This document shows, in pieces, positions 1 to 12,138 of a DNA stretch of 64,000 nt. Source of the DNA: Albugo candida (taxonomy: Eukaryota). The stretch spans positions 248,001-312,000 of the forward strand of contig JBDOQK010000016.1 of NCBI GenBank assembly GCA_040437565.1, given 5' to 3'. The notes under the pieces are model-generated. The model was not told the DNA's origin and did not search any database. It worked only from the letters and a program-made list of their open reading frames with translations. A program made the position numbers and the translations under genes. The first letter of the stretch is position 1. Each line of letters opens with the position of its first letter.

Positions 1-158
1 AATATACTTGGGCCGATACCTGTTCTTCAGCGCTCTTCTATACTTTGTACGCTACAGCAAATTTCACATCTACCGCCTAATAAACACGTTTAGCCATACC
101 ACGCATTCTGGTGTACGTCATTTAGTTTACGAAGGCTGCAGCTAGCTTGGGCCAAGAT

Positions 159-1055
159 ATGAATGATTCAGACGCTAACTGGATACCAGTGGAACGCAAT
201 ATGCTGTCAAGGCTATTGTATGCGAACCCGCTATGTCTGTTGTCGGTGTACAGCCCCAAGACAGGTTCAAAAATGTGATGGCAATTACGTGGCTTACTTG
301 TATCAACAATAATGTAAGAGATACACAGGTTGACGTTGTGTCATGTCATTGATGTCAAGGCGTACTGATCGCTAGGGTGCTTTTATATGCTCCATCAATT
401 CTCGGCGACACACAGCTCGCTTCATAAGACAACCTGGAAGCTTTTTCGGTTTGTAATTGCATTCGTATCACAATCCATATGTCTTTGAACGGAGCTTCCA
501 TTGCAGTTCTCAACGTTCCGGTACAAGGCATGGAGGATATAATTCTGTCTATTGGAAGCTGTTCGGGAGCTTCCATCGATAAGTTCGAAGCGTTTGGTAT
601 CAAAACATGTATCCCGGGCTTCCAGTTGCAGTCACTTGAGTCGAAAGTGTGCGATGAAGATGGCATCAGCATCAAATATAAAACGCATTCCAAAAAAGAG
701 AAACGGAGACTAAAACTTGAGCATGCACTACAAAGTACTATTGCCATTGAGAGCACAGTTGCTCATTGTATCTGTGAGATCAATTCTGTGCACGAAGACG
801 ACGGGCATCTGATAGTACGGTGTTCGCAACTTATCGCCTGGTGTCGTGAAGAATACTGGAATGGCCACCAATTTTTTCCTCNNNNNNNNNNNNNNNNNNN
901 NNNNNNNNNNNNNNNNNNNNNNNNNNNNNNNNNNNNNNNNNNNNNNNNNNNNNNNNNNNNNNNNNNNNNNNNNNNNNNNNNCTTCATTTCTCACGTTTAT
1001 GGGTAGCAAAGTATTTGGGTATGTCGCACAAGATAACAAAATGCAAAATATTTAG
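159..1055 (+). CDS. Flavin reductase-like (FMN-binding split barrel) protein, multi-exon; apparent 1-nt frameshift in an A-run near 270
   Basis: Reconstructed exons read RLLYANPLCLLSV..NVMAITWLTCINN / GAFICSINSRRHTA / VLNVPVQGME..IGSCSGASIDKF..DGHLIV, typical of the family. GT-AG introns are present; the N gap covers 882-981. Confidence 0.65.
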
Positions 1056-1246
1056 TATTTCGATTTATCGGATTACAAAGCTGCCGTACAAAAGGAAAAT
1101 ATGGTACCGTATCACCTAAATATAAATACTTATCGCTATTATCCTCAAATTCTATTAAACGACCAGCTCGAAGGAACCTCCTTGTTTAGACCGTAACTAT
1201 CATCTTCCAGAGGCTAAAAAGACTCGCAGTGATCATTCAAGTGGAA

Positions 1247-4200
1247 ATGGTGGAAATCGAGGAAGAAGTATATCAGCGTCTAATTATCGCCATCCAAGTG
1301 AGTCATTCGAATAGCTCATCCAATCATGAGAAAAATCAAGCGTACGAGTTTTGTGAAGCATTTAAAGTGCGCTCTGACTCGATCTCATATGCTTTCGCCA
1401 TCTACAAACAATCCACTGCGCTTTGTCAGAATGTGACGGCACCTGACGCATTGTTTGAGCTTCATATTCGCCGTCATTTTTCTCTACATCTTGTAGAATC
1501 TTATCTAATCAATCACTGGAAGTCTCTCACGGTGGACGAACAAGTACAATTACGAAGTAGTCTTTTACATCTAATATTCACGTCACAAAGCACAGAAAAT
1601 GAACCAAATTTTGTTCGCGAGAAACAAGTCCTCTTGATTGTCGAGCTCGCCAAACGTCAGTTTCCACAACACTGGGAAAGTTTATTTTCAGATCTTTTTC
1701 ATTGTTGCCCAGTGCCCTCGGAATCGTTAGCATTTCAATTATTACGCGTCGAGCTAATTTTCAGATGTTTTCGATTTTTGGCGGAAGATTGTTCCAACAA
1801 TTCCTTCAATACGTCGCTCCCAGCTACTCGTCGCAAGGAAATTTTGCAAGGTTTAAATGCTTGTCTACCAGAGCTAGTGCCAATGGTGTACCGTGAGGTC
1901 GAAATGCAGTATCAGCGCTACAGGAATCGCACCGAAATCGATCAAGTAAACGAAGTCGACTTAACTCAGATCGAACGCTTAATTCAAGCAGGTTTGGAGA
2001 GTATGAAAGAATTTCTCGAATGGATGCCAGTGGAACGAGCTTTCATCGCTGAGTGTAATTGGATGTGGATCGAACTTTCTTTGATCACCGAGAAGCCATT
2101 TCGGTTGCTGGCCATGGAAGGTATACAGGTGTTCTTTTCACGAACATTTGAAAAGGAAAATCAGCTGATTTTGAAGCAAGTAAGTGCATATGCGGCCGAA
2201 AAGTTTGGGCAGCTTTCGTTCGATATCACAAGGGAACTTGTACACGATACTACGAGACTTGATGAGGAATTGCTGTTTCTCAGGAAAACCAACGATGCTA
2301 TCGTAACCTGGTGCACCTCTCAGATAGATTGCTTCATATCTACATCGACAGACGTGAATGTTGTATCAAGGCAGGCACAACGCATTGAAGGAGGGAATTT
2401 GTGCTTGTCATCAGATGAAAAGAATATTGTCCAACGAATGTTGGAATATTCATGCCGCCTTTTTTGCCATCCGTCGTACGGGATTTCCGAAGCACAAAGC
2501 ACAGCGTGGTTGAGTATGCTTAAGAATAAGCATCTTCTTGAACAGTCTTTTTTGGTGCCCATCATCGAGAATTTGAGGATTGCATCCTTTGAGAAGTATT
2601 TCAAGCTTGGATCACCGAGTCGTGTGGACCCTGAGCAAACATTAGCGTGTTGTTTCGATACGACGCAAGATCCTATGCTGCAGGCACCTATGCTCTCGTC
2701 ATACATGATAACGAGTGTCTGCAGTGCTGAAGAATTTGACAGTGATGAAATGTTTTCTGCATTTTATGGAAATTTTCGATGCCGTTTGTTCAATATAATC
2801 CGTCACCTTCTTGCAATGAATCCAGAAAGATTCTTGTCCATGCTTTTGGAGCGTATGATACTCATTTATCGTCATTTCCCGGTGGCCATGGACAACCAAA
2901 ATAGTCAAGGCTTTTGTACAGAATCAAGTACTACGTATCTCTGCCATGAAGGTCTATCATCCCTTCTGGATTGTGTGCTAAAGCAACTACCATCATCAGC
3001 GTTTAACGACGATGTTTGTCAAAAAGTACAGCAGCAGTTGTTACAAGCCGTCCTCATATTCAAAACAATCGATCCTCTACTAAAATATAGACAGCTACTC
3101 ATGGTAGGATCGTTTGCCACTTTCTATGGACATGAATGCGGAGCCAGTTTTCTTACCCCAGTTTTTGAGCTTTTGTTTGAAAGTATTCAATTCTCCCTAC
3201 CGGACGATATGGCTCTTCATTCACTAAGTTCTGAATCCATATCCGTTCGCCGAAGAGCGTTGTCCTCACTCGTGACGATTTGCCAGACAATCCCTGCGCA
3301 AATACTTCCTGTTCTTCCCGTTTTATGTACCAAAGTGCAGGAATTGTTCACGGCAGATCAAGTATTGGACGCAGAAGCCGTTCTTTTATACGAAGTTTTG
3401 GTGCTGGTTTCCAATTCCATCGAAAATGACCAAACTCGGATACAGTTTTTGCGGGAATTAATCAATGGAGTGCTCTCTGAGTGGACCAGCCCAACGATGA
3501 CGAGCCTAGTGATTTCGCCAGAAAGCCTCGTATCAACAGTAGAAGCTTCAGTCTCCGATGTGGTGAATCAGAAAAACCTGAGAAAAGTGACGAAAACGTT
3601 GACGAGTATATATGGTATCTTGAAGCGAGCAAGTGTATGCTCTGGTTCTATCTCAAATCCAGGCCCCCTCCAGGCTCGCAATGAAAACTCCTCGACCAAT
3701 TTTGACCAAATCAACGTGAAGAACAACACGTTTGCGAAAACAGTTTGGCCCATTTTACTCCCGAATTTGCTCGCTCTGACGCAATCATTGCATGCATTAC
3801 GCATTCCTACATTCGCTCAGTCTTTGTGTAACACTACCGTGGCACGATTTTTACTGTATATGTCCCTCGATGAAGTCGCACAATTGCTGGGTGGAAAGAA
3901 TCAATTGGATGACGATTTAGTCACTTCACTCCCGGGTGCCATTCGCTGGTCAAAATGGCAGAAAAATGTCCGCGATATCGTGTATCACATCATTGGGTTG
4001 ATGTTTGCTCATCCAACGTTGTACGAGTTGGCAGTGGAGAATTCAGATCCGAGCGTTCAAGCTATCTTACACTATTTTGCGAGTGGAATCTCATGTCATT
4101 TGGATGTAATGGAGCATCGTCATTTGAAAGTCCTGATTGCTTATGTATACATTCCTTTTCTGCGAATGTGCCCGGCAGAACTGTACGGCTCCTTATTGGA

Positions 4201-5170
4201 ACCAGTGCTCGCAAATGTCTTCAGGCATCTGTCAACGAGGCTTGAACGAAGCTTTTATGTAGATTCGACATCAAAAAACCATGCATCCGATAACTTGGCT
4301 AGCGGTACGATAGAGCCTGCTTGGGTTTCATCCATCGTTGGCGTAGAAGTAGCAAAAGTCGATGTTGCTCATGAAAAGATTCTGATGTATTTGGTACGAC
4401 AAGTTTCGGAGCTTGTAGAGCGTGCTGTCGACCCCAAAGTGGTCGTAATCGCCGGTGCAAATCAGCAGAAGCACGTCCTTCGTAATCAAGATACTATGTT
4501 AATTGAGTACAGTCTGTACGAGTCCAAGACATTACCTAGGCTGCTGGGTCAATTACTCACCGAAATCATGGGCTGGAAGGATACACAGAGTTGTCGAAAA
4601 GCTGTGGTTTTAGCAGATAAAATGGTGACTTGCTTGCACGATCGACAGGAGTATCACATCTTGTTAGGAGTCGATTTCTTCAAGGCAGCTTTGAAATCTC
4701 TTTTTCTCGATATCGGCACTGTTAAGGAAGATGGTCTTAGATGGGAGCTGATCAATTTGATTCGTAATATTTATTGCCGTCTAGTGCTCGGATTGAATCC
4801 TGTTGATGAGTGCAAAGGTGTTGATCCAGCCCATCAGCCAGCTAAACCTGCCAACGAACTCTGCTTATTGCCTCGCGAAATACTAGTCTCTCTTCCCAAA
4901 ATACAGAGCTCTGATTTGGATTTTATTGATGCGTTCTTGCGAGAGAGACACAGTATCAAGACGCAAAAGAATGCGTTCAAAGAACTACTCGAAGGTCCAA
5001 TGGAGACGGTGCGACAGAACTCCCTATCTATGAATTTGACAACATTGAAAAGAATTGACGATTTGCCCCACAAACTCGTCATCTTGTCCAAGCAAAATGA
5101 AGCCATCCAAAGGGAAGTTGCGCATGATCGTGCAAACTGGAATACAGCTTTCTTATTTGGCAATGATTGA
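1247..5170 (+). CDS. XPO5: Exportin-5-like importin-beta family HEAT-repeat protein, single exon
   Basis: ~1300 aa. N-terminal importin-beta-like helices (AYEFCEAFK, RHFSLHLVE..W) and an Xpo1-domain motif EPNFVREK..LIVELAKRQFPQHW. First ATG at 1247. Confidence 0.75.
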   Translation: MVEIEEEVYQRLIIAIQVSHSNSSSNHEKNQAYEFCEAFKVRSDSISYAFAIYKQSTALCQNVTAPDALFELHIRRHFSLHLVESYLINHWKSLTVDEQVQLRSSLLHLIFTSQSTENEPNFVREKQVLLIVELAKRQFPQHWESLFSDLFHCCPVPSESLAFQLLRVELIFRCFRFLAEDCSNNSFNTSLPATRRKEILQGLNACLPELVPMVYREVEMQYQRYRNRTEIDQVNEVDLTQIERLIQAGLESMKEFLEWMPVERAFIAECNWMWIELSLITEKPFRLLAMEGIQVFFSRTFEKENQLILKQVSAYAAEKFGQLSFDITRELVHDTTRLDEELLFLRKTNDAIVTWCTSQIDCFISTSTDVNVVSRQAQRIEGGNLCLSSDEKNIVQRMLEYSCRLFCHPSYGISEAQSTAWLSMLKNKHLLEQSFLVPIIENLRIASFEKYFKLGSPSRVDPEQTLACCFDTTQDPMLQAPMLSSYMITSVCSAEEFDSDEMFSAFYGNFRCRLFNIIRHLLAMNPERFLSMLLERMILIYRHFPVAMDNQNSQGFCTESSTTYLCHEGLSSLLDCVLKQLPSSAFNDDVCQKVQQQLLQAVLIFKTIDPLLKYRQLLMVGSFATFYGHECGASFLTPVFELLFESIQFSLPDDMALHSLSSESISVRRRALSSLVTICQTIPAQILPVLPVLCTKVQELFTADQVLDAEAVLLYEVLVLVSNSIENDQTRIQFLRELINGVLSEWTSPTMTSLVISPESLVSTVEASVSDVVNQKNLRKVTKTLTSIYGILKRASVCSGSISNPGPLQARNENSSTNFDQINVKNNTFAKTVWPILLPNLLALTQSLHALRIPTFAQSLCNTTVARFLLYMSLDEVAQLLGGKNQLDDDLVTSLPGAIRWSKWQKNVRDIVYHIIGLMFAHPTLYELAVENSDPSVQAILHYFASGISCHLDVMEHRHLKVLIAYVYIPFLRMCPAELYGSLLEPVLANVFRHLSTRLERSFYVDSTSKNHASDNLASGTIEPAWVSSIVGVEVAKVDVAHEKILMYLVRQVSELVERAVDPKVVVIAGANQQKHVLRNQDTMLIEYSLYESKTLPRLLGQLLTEIMGWKDTQSCRKAVVLADKMVTCLHDRQEYHILLGVDFFKAALKSLFLDIGTVKEDGLRWELINLIRNIYCRLVLGLNPVDECKGVDPAHQPAKPANELCLLPREILVSLPKIQSSDLDFIDAFLRERHSIKTQKNAFKELLEGPMETVRQNSLSMNLTTLKRIDDLPHKLVILSKQNEAIQREVAHDRANWNTAFLFGND

Positions 5171-5252
5171 ATCCACCCAACACGAGATCACGAAAGACAG
5201 AGTTGTATTACTTTACTTGGCTACTTGTCATTTCTCTTCCCTAATTCCACAG

Positions 5253-6470
5253 CTACGCAACAATATCCGTTTTAGTCTGAACGGCCTTTCCTGGCTCGGA
5301 CACAAGAGGTTCTGTGGAAAATTTTATATGTTTGAATTGCTGCTCATACACAGGAGACGCTGCCGAAGATTCTTTGCCGGCAGTCGAAGAACACAAACGG
5401 GACACTTTTTCATTGTTGGACAAAGCAGATACAGAAATGCCGGGAGCTTCATATTGGCATTCTGGAGCCAGAATTTTGAATCCCGCGGAAATCGCGTCAC
5501 TTTCAGAAATATCGTCCAGCGCATGAAAAATCGATTTCTCGGCTAATTTTCGTGCAAGTGAGGCGTTAGGACATGGCAATGCGCGACTAATTATATCCGA
5601 TCCACTTCGACACGGACTGAGATTCGGATCCTGGATCTTCTTTGTCAGTACGGCACTGTCAGGAATAGATTTCAACAGCGTCAATCCTGCGCCGACGCGC
5701 TGCATGGGGTCGTGACGGATCTCTTCTTGTTTTTTGATATTTTCCACGGCTGCTTCTGTTGCGCTTTGCAACGTTTCAGCAGCACTGGAAGTAGCTTCGG
5801 CTTCTGGATGATTGTTCTTGTATTGTTCAATTTGATAATCCGCAGAATCGAAATGCCTTTTTTCTCTCAATTTTTTCTGCATGAGAATATTTCTCGCGGA
5901 TACAGCACCACTTGCCATAGATCGAGACGTCCCAAGAGCTCCATATCTTGAACGATCTATGCGGAATGCGTTTTCGCGGGTGCCGGCATCCTTATTATCA
6001 AATTTTTGGCTGGCTGTGTGATCTGATACTTCCGGCGACGAACAAACCCTTGTGTCGTCGCTGACTGAAGATCCGTCATCGAGTTCAGGCTTGGACCCAC
6101 TAATCTCCTTCGACGATTCCGTTGCGGTATTATCACTATTTCCTGCCATCGCATAATCCGCTGAATCAAATCTTTTACGCTCTGTTAATTTACGTTGGAT
6201 GAGGATATTACGCGCTAGTAGAGATTGCATCTTTTCGTCCCCATGTAGCTTCTGACCGATACCATCCAAGGTGGCGGTAGTTGTGTTTGATGTCGGCATA
6301 TGTAGATCCATTGCGTTCCATTGTTTTGGATTGGTACCACGGGTCGCACTACATACTGATTTTGGAGTTCCTTGCTGTCGCTTCAGACTGAAGTATTGCT
6401 GTGAGCCTTGCATTGGCGCACCACCTGCAAAAAGTGCGTCACCAGCACCAGCTACTTGCTTCTTCTCCAT
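5253..6470 (-). CDS. Disordered protein with two endosulfine/ARPP19-like FDSADY motifs
   Basis: 405-aa ORF containing ARNILIQRKLTERKRFDSADYAM and ARNILMQKKLREKRHFDSADYQI. Confidence 0.65.
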   Translation of the reverse strand: MEKKQVAGAGDALFAGGAPMQGSQQYFSLKRQQGTPKSVCSATRGTNPKQWNAMDLHMPTSNTTTATLDGIGQKLHGDEKMQSLLARNILIQRKLTERKRFDSADYAMAGNSDNTATESSKEISGSKPELDDGSSVSDDTRVCSSPEVSDHTASQKFDNKDAGTRENAFRIDRSRYGALGTSRSMASGAVSARNILMQKKLREKRHFDSADYQIEQYKNNHPEAEATSSAAETLQSATEAAVENIKKQEEIRHDPMQRVGAGLTLLKSIPDSAVLTKKIQDPNLSPCRSGSDIISRALPCPNASLARKLAEKSIFHALDDISESDAISAGFKILAPECQYEAPGISVSALSNNEKVSRLCSSTAGKESSAASPVYEQQFKHIKFSTEPLVSEPGKAVQTKTDIVA

Positions 6471-8008
6471 TGAATGCGATGCCTCTGTACAAATGATGTT
6501 TGAGAATGAGAGTGCGGGAATTGCGCGAGATCTGCAAACAGTACGATATTCCTGTAGGTCTTTGTTTTTAGCTCATAAAAACGGCATTCGATAAGTCAAT
6601 CCGGTGAGAAGTTACGTTACGCTTTAGTGCCTTTTTATGGAGTTGTCCCATCGGGCATCCGAAGCAACTCGACAGATATTTCAGAAACAAAACTGACACC
6701 CACTCACGCTCTGTTCGGAGCGAGAAAATGGTATCTCTCGGTTCGAATTTAGTATCATGCTCAGATTTAGTGCTCAAGACTTCCTCCTTTTCGTTTGAAA
6801 TAATACTGATCTACTGGTCTACTTAGAGCAATGTTTATCCCTCCTACACTGTGAGAGCGCCAAACAGCAAGAGTTGCTCGGCGTGTGCTTTAATAGTCTA
6901 TTCCTTTTATGTCTGCAGTGCAAATCTTTCCACAGTGACAGATCGTAGCGGAACACGTCACAGAGATGGTTGCTCGATTGACTAAATATGATAATTGCAA
7001 GTTCTCTTTCTAGGCCACAAATTTTGAATCTCAATAGAAAGCCGTTTCTTTATGTTACAGCGCCTTTTGGAAATTAACTGGGTTTACTTCTGGTTCGGAT
7101 ACAGCTGCTTTATGTAATCCACCACATTCAGCGAATATTGATTGTTACAATGTTGCACGAAAACGTGATGATTTCACGAGTCAGAATTTGTAGCTCCATA
7201 TTTGCGTATCTTTAGTGTTACGTCCATTACTACACGTACTAGGTCCAACTCGTGCTACTTCTCTACAAACTGAATAAAGCACAAGGAAATCTATCATATT
7301 TTGGTGAAAGAAGCTGACTGGACCCTTCATACCAGCCACTCGACCCATTACGGTATTCTCATGTAATTACAGGCACATCCTGCTGCAAAAATTTAGAACC
7401 TGTTACTTGAATATGATTGCATCATGTGTCCTGAAACCCTGGTCAACCCGACCACGACCTATATCAATCCAGTAACTAACCATCTGGGACTGACTGGATG
7501 AGTTCGCCTGAAAAAACTTCAAGAACATGTACTTTATAATCCCATGGAAACGGTAAAATGAGCATCAAGAAAAGGCTGATACCGTGACCGTCTGGAGGGA
7601 TACCTTCCCCAAATGTTCTTTGAGAACTCGCACGTCACTCTGACCAGTCAGCCACTTCTACAAATGCAGCAATAGACTACATGAAGCTTCCTGGACACAG
7701 AACGCCATAGCTTATACAGTCGCATGCGTGCCTGTACCCAGCCTACTTACTATGCTGTTTCCACTACCTAATTGACGTTGAAACGACACGAAAAAAAGGA
7801 TCCTTTAATGTACATCATGTAGCAGTACATAGTACCATAGGCTCCTCTCCTTCGACAAAGGTATCATACTCGTACTGATACCTCACGCTGAGCTATCACA
7901 TGACTAAATCTTTATTCGATCAGCTTGAAAGGGTTTTTGTGGTGTTCTCACTCTTTCTGGCTCTTTTTGATCGGGCATTTGTAAAACCGCTGCGTCATCC
8001 AAACAATC

Positions 8009-10620
8009 ATGATGCAATTCTGTCCCAATCTAACAGACACAACAACATCTGACCGAACGTCGACTACTATTACTGCTGATGTTCACGACCCACAGAATTC
8101 TTCCAAAGGATCACCGAAAAAAGACTTGGCTTGTATTAATCAAAACCATGATAGTAGAAACCCGAATCCGATATCCTTATCCTCCTATGTTGGTTCAAGC
8201 GCTAAACAACAGTCAGAAACTTACTCGATGGTATCAGTTCTGGCCCCGTTAACCATGAGAGTAAGGTCGATCAAGACGGGCCCAAAACCTTCGATGGTAT
8301 CTTCTAGCGACAGAACTTCCATGGGATCCCATAGCTCGATTAAGAAAGACTTGCCGCTTTTTCGTTCCTTACTCCATGCAGCCTTATATAGTACCTCTGG
8401 CATCCAGACCGTTGATGTTGAGGTCGGGTGATTACTTTGTCATACATTCTTTCTCAATGGTCGATGCTAAACCTTCATGTGATTTCGCTGTGATAGAATT
8501 GTACTTCGGTAATCTCAAAAAAGAGTATTTTTGAGAAGCCGATCCTGGTCACAAGCAGGATCCCACGAAATGCGGAAGCGAGTACGAATTTACCACCTTT
8601 AGCAGTAGAGGACGTGAGCAAATTGCTGGGTAAGTACAAATTAATCATATTGTCAGCTGCAGCATCTGACGTGAGCTTCTGTCAATCGCATCAGAAAACG
8701 GATACTCGGTACGATCAATCAACGTGGGACAGCAAGAATTTTTTAATTTGTCCCTTTTTAATTGGAATGAAGTATTCCCCCAAACAGGAGGACAGGATGC
8801 TGCTCTGCGACCTCAAGAGATTTGGAACGCTCAGTTTCGATTAACAGATTATACACAGCTCCAATCAGCGATATTAAAGGTTCCAGATGCAATCACAACT
8901 CTGGACTGGTTTTATCAATATTCATTCAATGCTTCCAAAGCATCAAGCACACAACAGCTTATTCAGAGCCCGATAAACGAAGAAACATTTGGCGCAATAT
9001 TTCGTTCAGGAACCTTTCAAGATTTTACAGTGTGTTGTGACGGGAAGGCGAGCTGGTATCATGTAACACAGCGAGAATTGTGGGTTTTCTTGGTACCACC
9101 TTCGGATGCCAATCAGAAATCCTTTACCGAGTGGAGAAAATCCATTCATGTGCGAACGCATTTTTTTGCATTATGGGCAGATCGTTGCATCAAAGTAATA
9201 GTGAGGACAGGTGATACTCTTGCAATTCCTCCAGGATGGATAACTGCACTTTATGCTCCGATGCAAGATCTTCACAGAATAGACGCAACATCACATTCAT
9301 CATTCTATTATGGATATTTTCATTGCACCTATGCTCTGCCCAGTCAACTTCGAACTTACAAGTACGAGCTTACCGACTTTCCAGATCTACAACACCACAG
9401 TGTATGGCAGCCGGAGTACCAATTAAGCGCACGATTATGGACGGTGTTAAGTGCGTATACACAACGCTTGACATTCATGATGAGCATGAGTGATGACGAT
9501 AGAAAAAATGTCAACGAAATCGAAAAAGCTTGCTTGAAGCAGTTTGTTGGTGCAGTACGTACTAATTTGTCTTGGCTTATGGAGTGTAATAAAGATCAAA
9601 AGCTCGGAGCAATTGTAAAACCAAGGGAGGAGCACGTCGGATGCGACATTCCTCAAACTAAACTGGAGGCAGAGACAATTTTGGATAATTTGGACAATCT
9701 TCTCAATTCATCTACCTGGTTGGAATTAAGTGAGCTAGAACCTCTCCCTTGTCAAGTTTATCCACAGCATGGAAACTTATATATAAACTCAACAGCGCCG
9801 ATCCAGCAACTTGCCAATGGTACTTGGAGCTCAGTATCTCCATGGCCAAGTCCAAATCCTGAAAATGCGTACGCTCATCACCCAGATTTTACCCAAAGTC
9901 TGGGTACATTACTCAAGACAGAAGAACTGACGTCGGATACTTCGACAGTCATAACATGTGGCACAATGCCGTTATCGTCTTCTTCGTACATACAGTCTAG
10001 TCCAGGATACTCTCCGTATTTTCCTACACTCGGTCTCAAAACCCAGAGTACCCCAATTATTCCATTCTCTCCATCTCCGCCGCTAAGTGATCCTTTTGCA
10101 TTTTATCCTCACTCCACTATGCAAAACAATTTGCTGGATCTTTCCAGCGTACAATCATGCTCATCTCAGCCGTCCTCTTATATGAACATCAACGATTCCG
10201 GTTTGAATCACGAGATTGATACTGCGCATCAACTACATAGTGCCTCACATATGGTGGAATTCTTCAATCGTCATCGCATATCTTGCCATCGTTGTGGGAA
10301 CCTGAGGAAGAAGAATGTGAGGTGTCTGAAATGTCCGCACATCTTTTGTCAAAAGTACGTTCGAAAACCATGAGGCATCACACTCCTAAGCTAATCGAAT
10401 TGATTAAGGTGTAGCGAAAAAATGATGCAAGAGCACGGGCAAGATGCATTTTTACAAGGCTGTCCTGTATGTAAAGAGAAGTGCTGCTGTGGGAAGAATA
10501 GATCATCTACGTGTCGTCGCACGGTAAGTGGCTATTTCTCTACACGAACTGGTACACTTACTATCTTTTTTCTAGTACCACTGTTACAAAAAGTGTCCAA
10601 CGACAAAGGTTGTGCATTAG
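8009..10620 (+). CDS. JmjC-like (KDM2/JHDM1-type fold) protein with C-terminal Cys-rich zf-4CXXC_R1-like finger, multi-exon
   Basis: SWYHVTQRELWVFLVPPS..W..CIKVIVRTGDTLAIPPGWI. C-terminal SCHRC..RCLKCPHIFCQK / C..GCPVCKEKCCC..C / HCYKKC spans two introns; stop at 10618-10620. The 5' exon structure is uncertain. Confidence 0.65.
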
Positions 10621-10738
10621 AGTACCGCTAGTCGCTAGGAAGTAATGTTCATTGATGTCCATATATGTTATTTGTCGTCTGATTGGACAAATCAATTTCG
10701 AGTCAGATTTTCTGACTTTAGTCATTCTGAAGTCAAGC

Positions 10739-11686
10739 ATGGGACAAACGACGTCGCGCATTGAGCATGCTCGTACAAAGCATAAAAGCAAACCAAGATC
10801 CAGCAAATCGATTGAGGAGAAAAAGATCAAATTAGCGCAAACGACTGGTGTATTGGCCTTGACCGATTCGAAGCTCAAAGAAATCCCGATATCAATTATC
10901 TCGAATGGTGACTTGCAAGAAAAGCTACGGAGCCTGGATTTATCGCGAAATCAGATCACACGTGTACCAACAGAGATGAATACAGTACGATTCAGCAATA
11001 TGAAGTCTTTAAAATTACAATCAAACGCAATCCATAGTCTCCCTGATCTTTCGCAATTGATGGCGCTCACAAAGGTACATTCGAGACTGATGTTCATCAT
11101 TCCGACATAATCGTTTCTTTCTTTCAGCTGATCTTAGACAGTAATCAACTTTTAGAAATAACAGCCCCTTTGCCACCGAATTTAATCAAATTGTCGCTTC
11201 GAAGTAATCGGTTGCAGATTATCACCACAAAAATCACAGATTGCATGGACCTGAGGAACTTGGAGCTTGAAGAAAATAATATCTCAGAAATTCCTTCTCA
11301 TATTGCACACTTGAAAGACCTTGAGATGCTTTGCATTGACAAAAACCGCCTAACAGTATGTTGCGCTTTACTATTTTCGTGAGAGGTACTCACCACATTC
11401 GAACATTTAGGGTTTACCTAACTTCTTGGCTGAATGCCCAAGGTTAAAGGTAGTTTCAGTGCGTCAAAACAAAATCACAGGCTCTCGAGAGCCTCAAGCC
11501 ATTGCAGAACAGATTCTGGCACACTCCAATATAGACATTTTGAACCTAGATGGAAATGCAATAACAAAACTCCAATTAGAGGCAATGAATGGGATCTCCC
11601 AATTTATGGAACGACGAAAGGAATTGAAAGACAAAGGAATTCTAGCTGGTATTTCTGCAGATATGAGCTTGTGTGGTTTAGATTGA
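10739..11686 (+). CDS. Leucine-rich repeat protein, LRRC57-like, 3 exons
   Basis: MGQTTS start (possible myristoylation), AQTTGVLAL motif and repeated LxxLxLxxN. Introns at about 11075-11127 and 11356-11410. Confidence 0.75.
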
Positions 11687-11744
11687 GCGATAAAAAACTT
11701 GATAATTCATGTATATACTCAGCCTTATAAAGCTCTTGGATACC

Positions 11745-12086
11745 TCAATGCGACTTCAGCATGTCCGTCAGGTGCTTCGCTTGAATTTGGATCGTTTCTA
11801 ACTGAAAGGGAGCTTGGTTATTTCTCCTTTGAAAGTCTCCGTTTGCATTACCTGTGTTGCTGCTAGTGCATGGAGGAACCTACAAAATGGAGCATAATGA
11901 GTATCGGCTGCGAGTTTGTTAAAAGTCATTTTACCGGAGTCGATCAGGATTAGTTTCTTCCCGATGAGTGTCGTATTCGGCACGCAGCCTTCTCCTTATG
12001 AAATTTATACGATCTTTTGTCGGCATCTTAGCAGCAGCACGATGAATTGCGCAGTATAGCCGCATCGATTCGTTCACTGCATTCAT
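11745..12086 (-). CDS. Small LYR-motif (Complex1_LYR family) mitochondrial protein, 3 exons
   Basis: MNAVNESMRLYCAIHRAAAKMPTKDRINFIRRRLRAEYD.. / FLHALAATQ / LETIQIQAKHL, joined by GT-AG introns. Confidence 0.6.
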
Positions 12087-12138
12087 TTTTCTGAATGACG
12101 AACGTGCTGTGTATGAGTGACTTAAACTAGGATCAGAC

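Noticed and set aside
7011-7020. TAGGCCACAA, a 10-bp match to the tRNA target
   Set aside because: Short, with no LINE termini next to it; probably chance.
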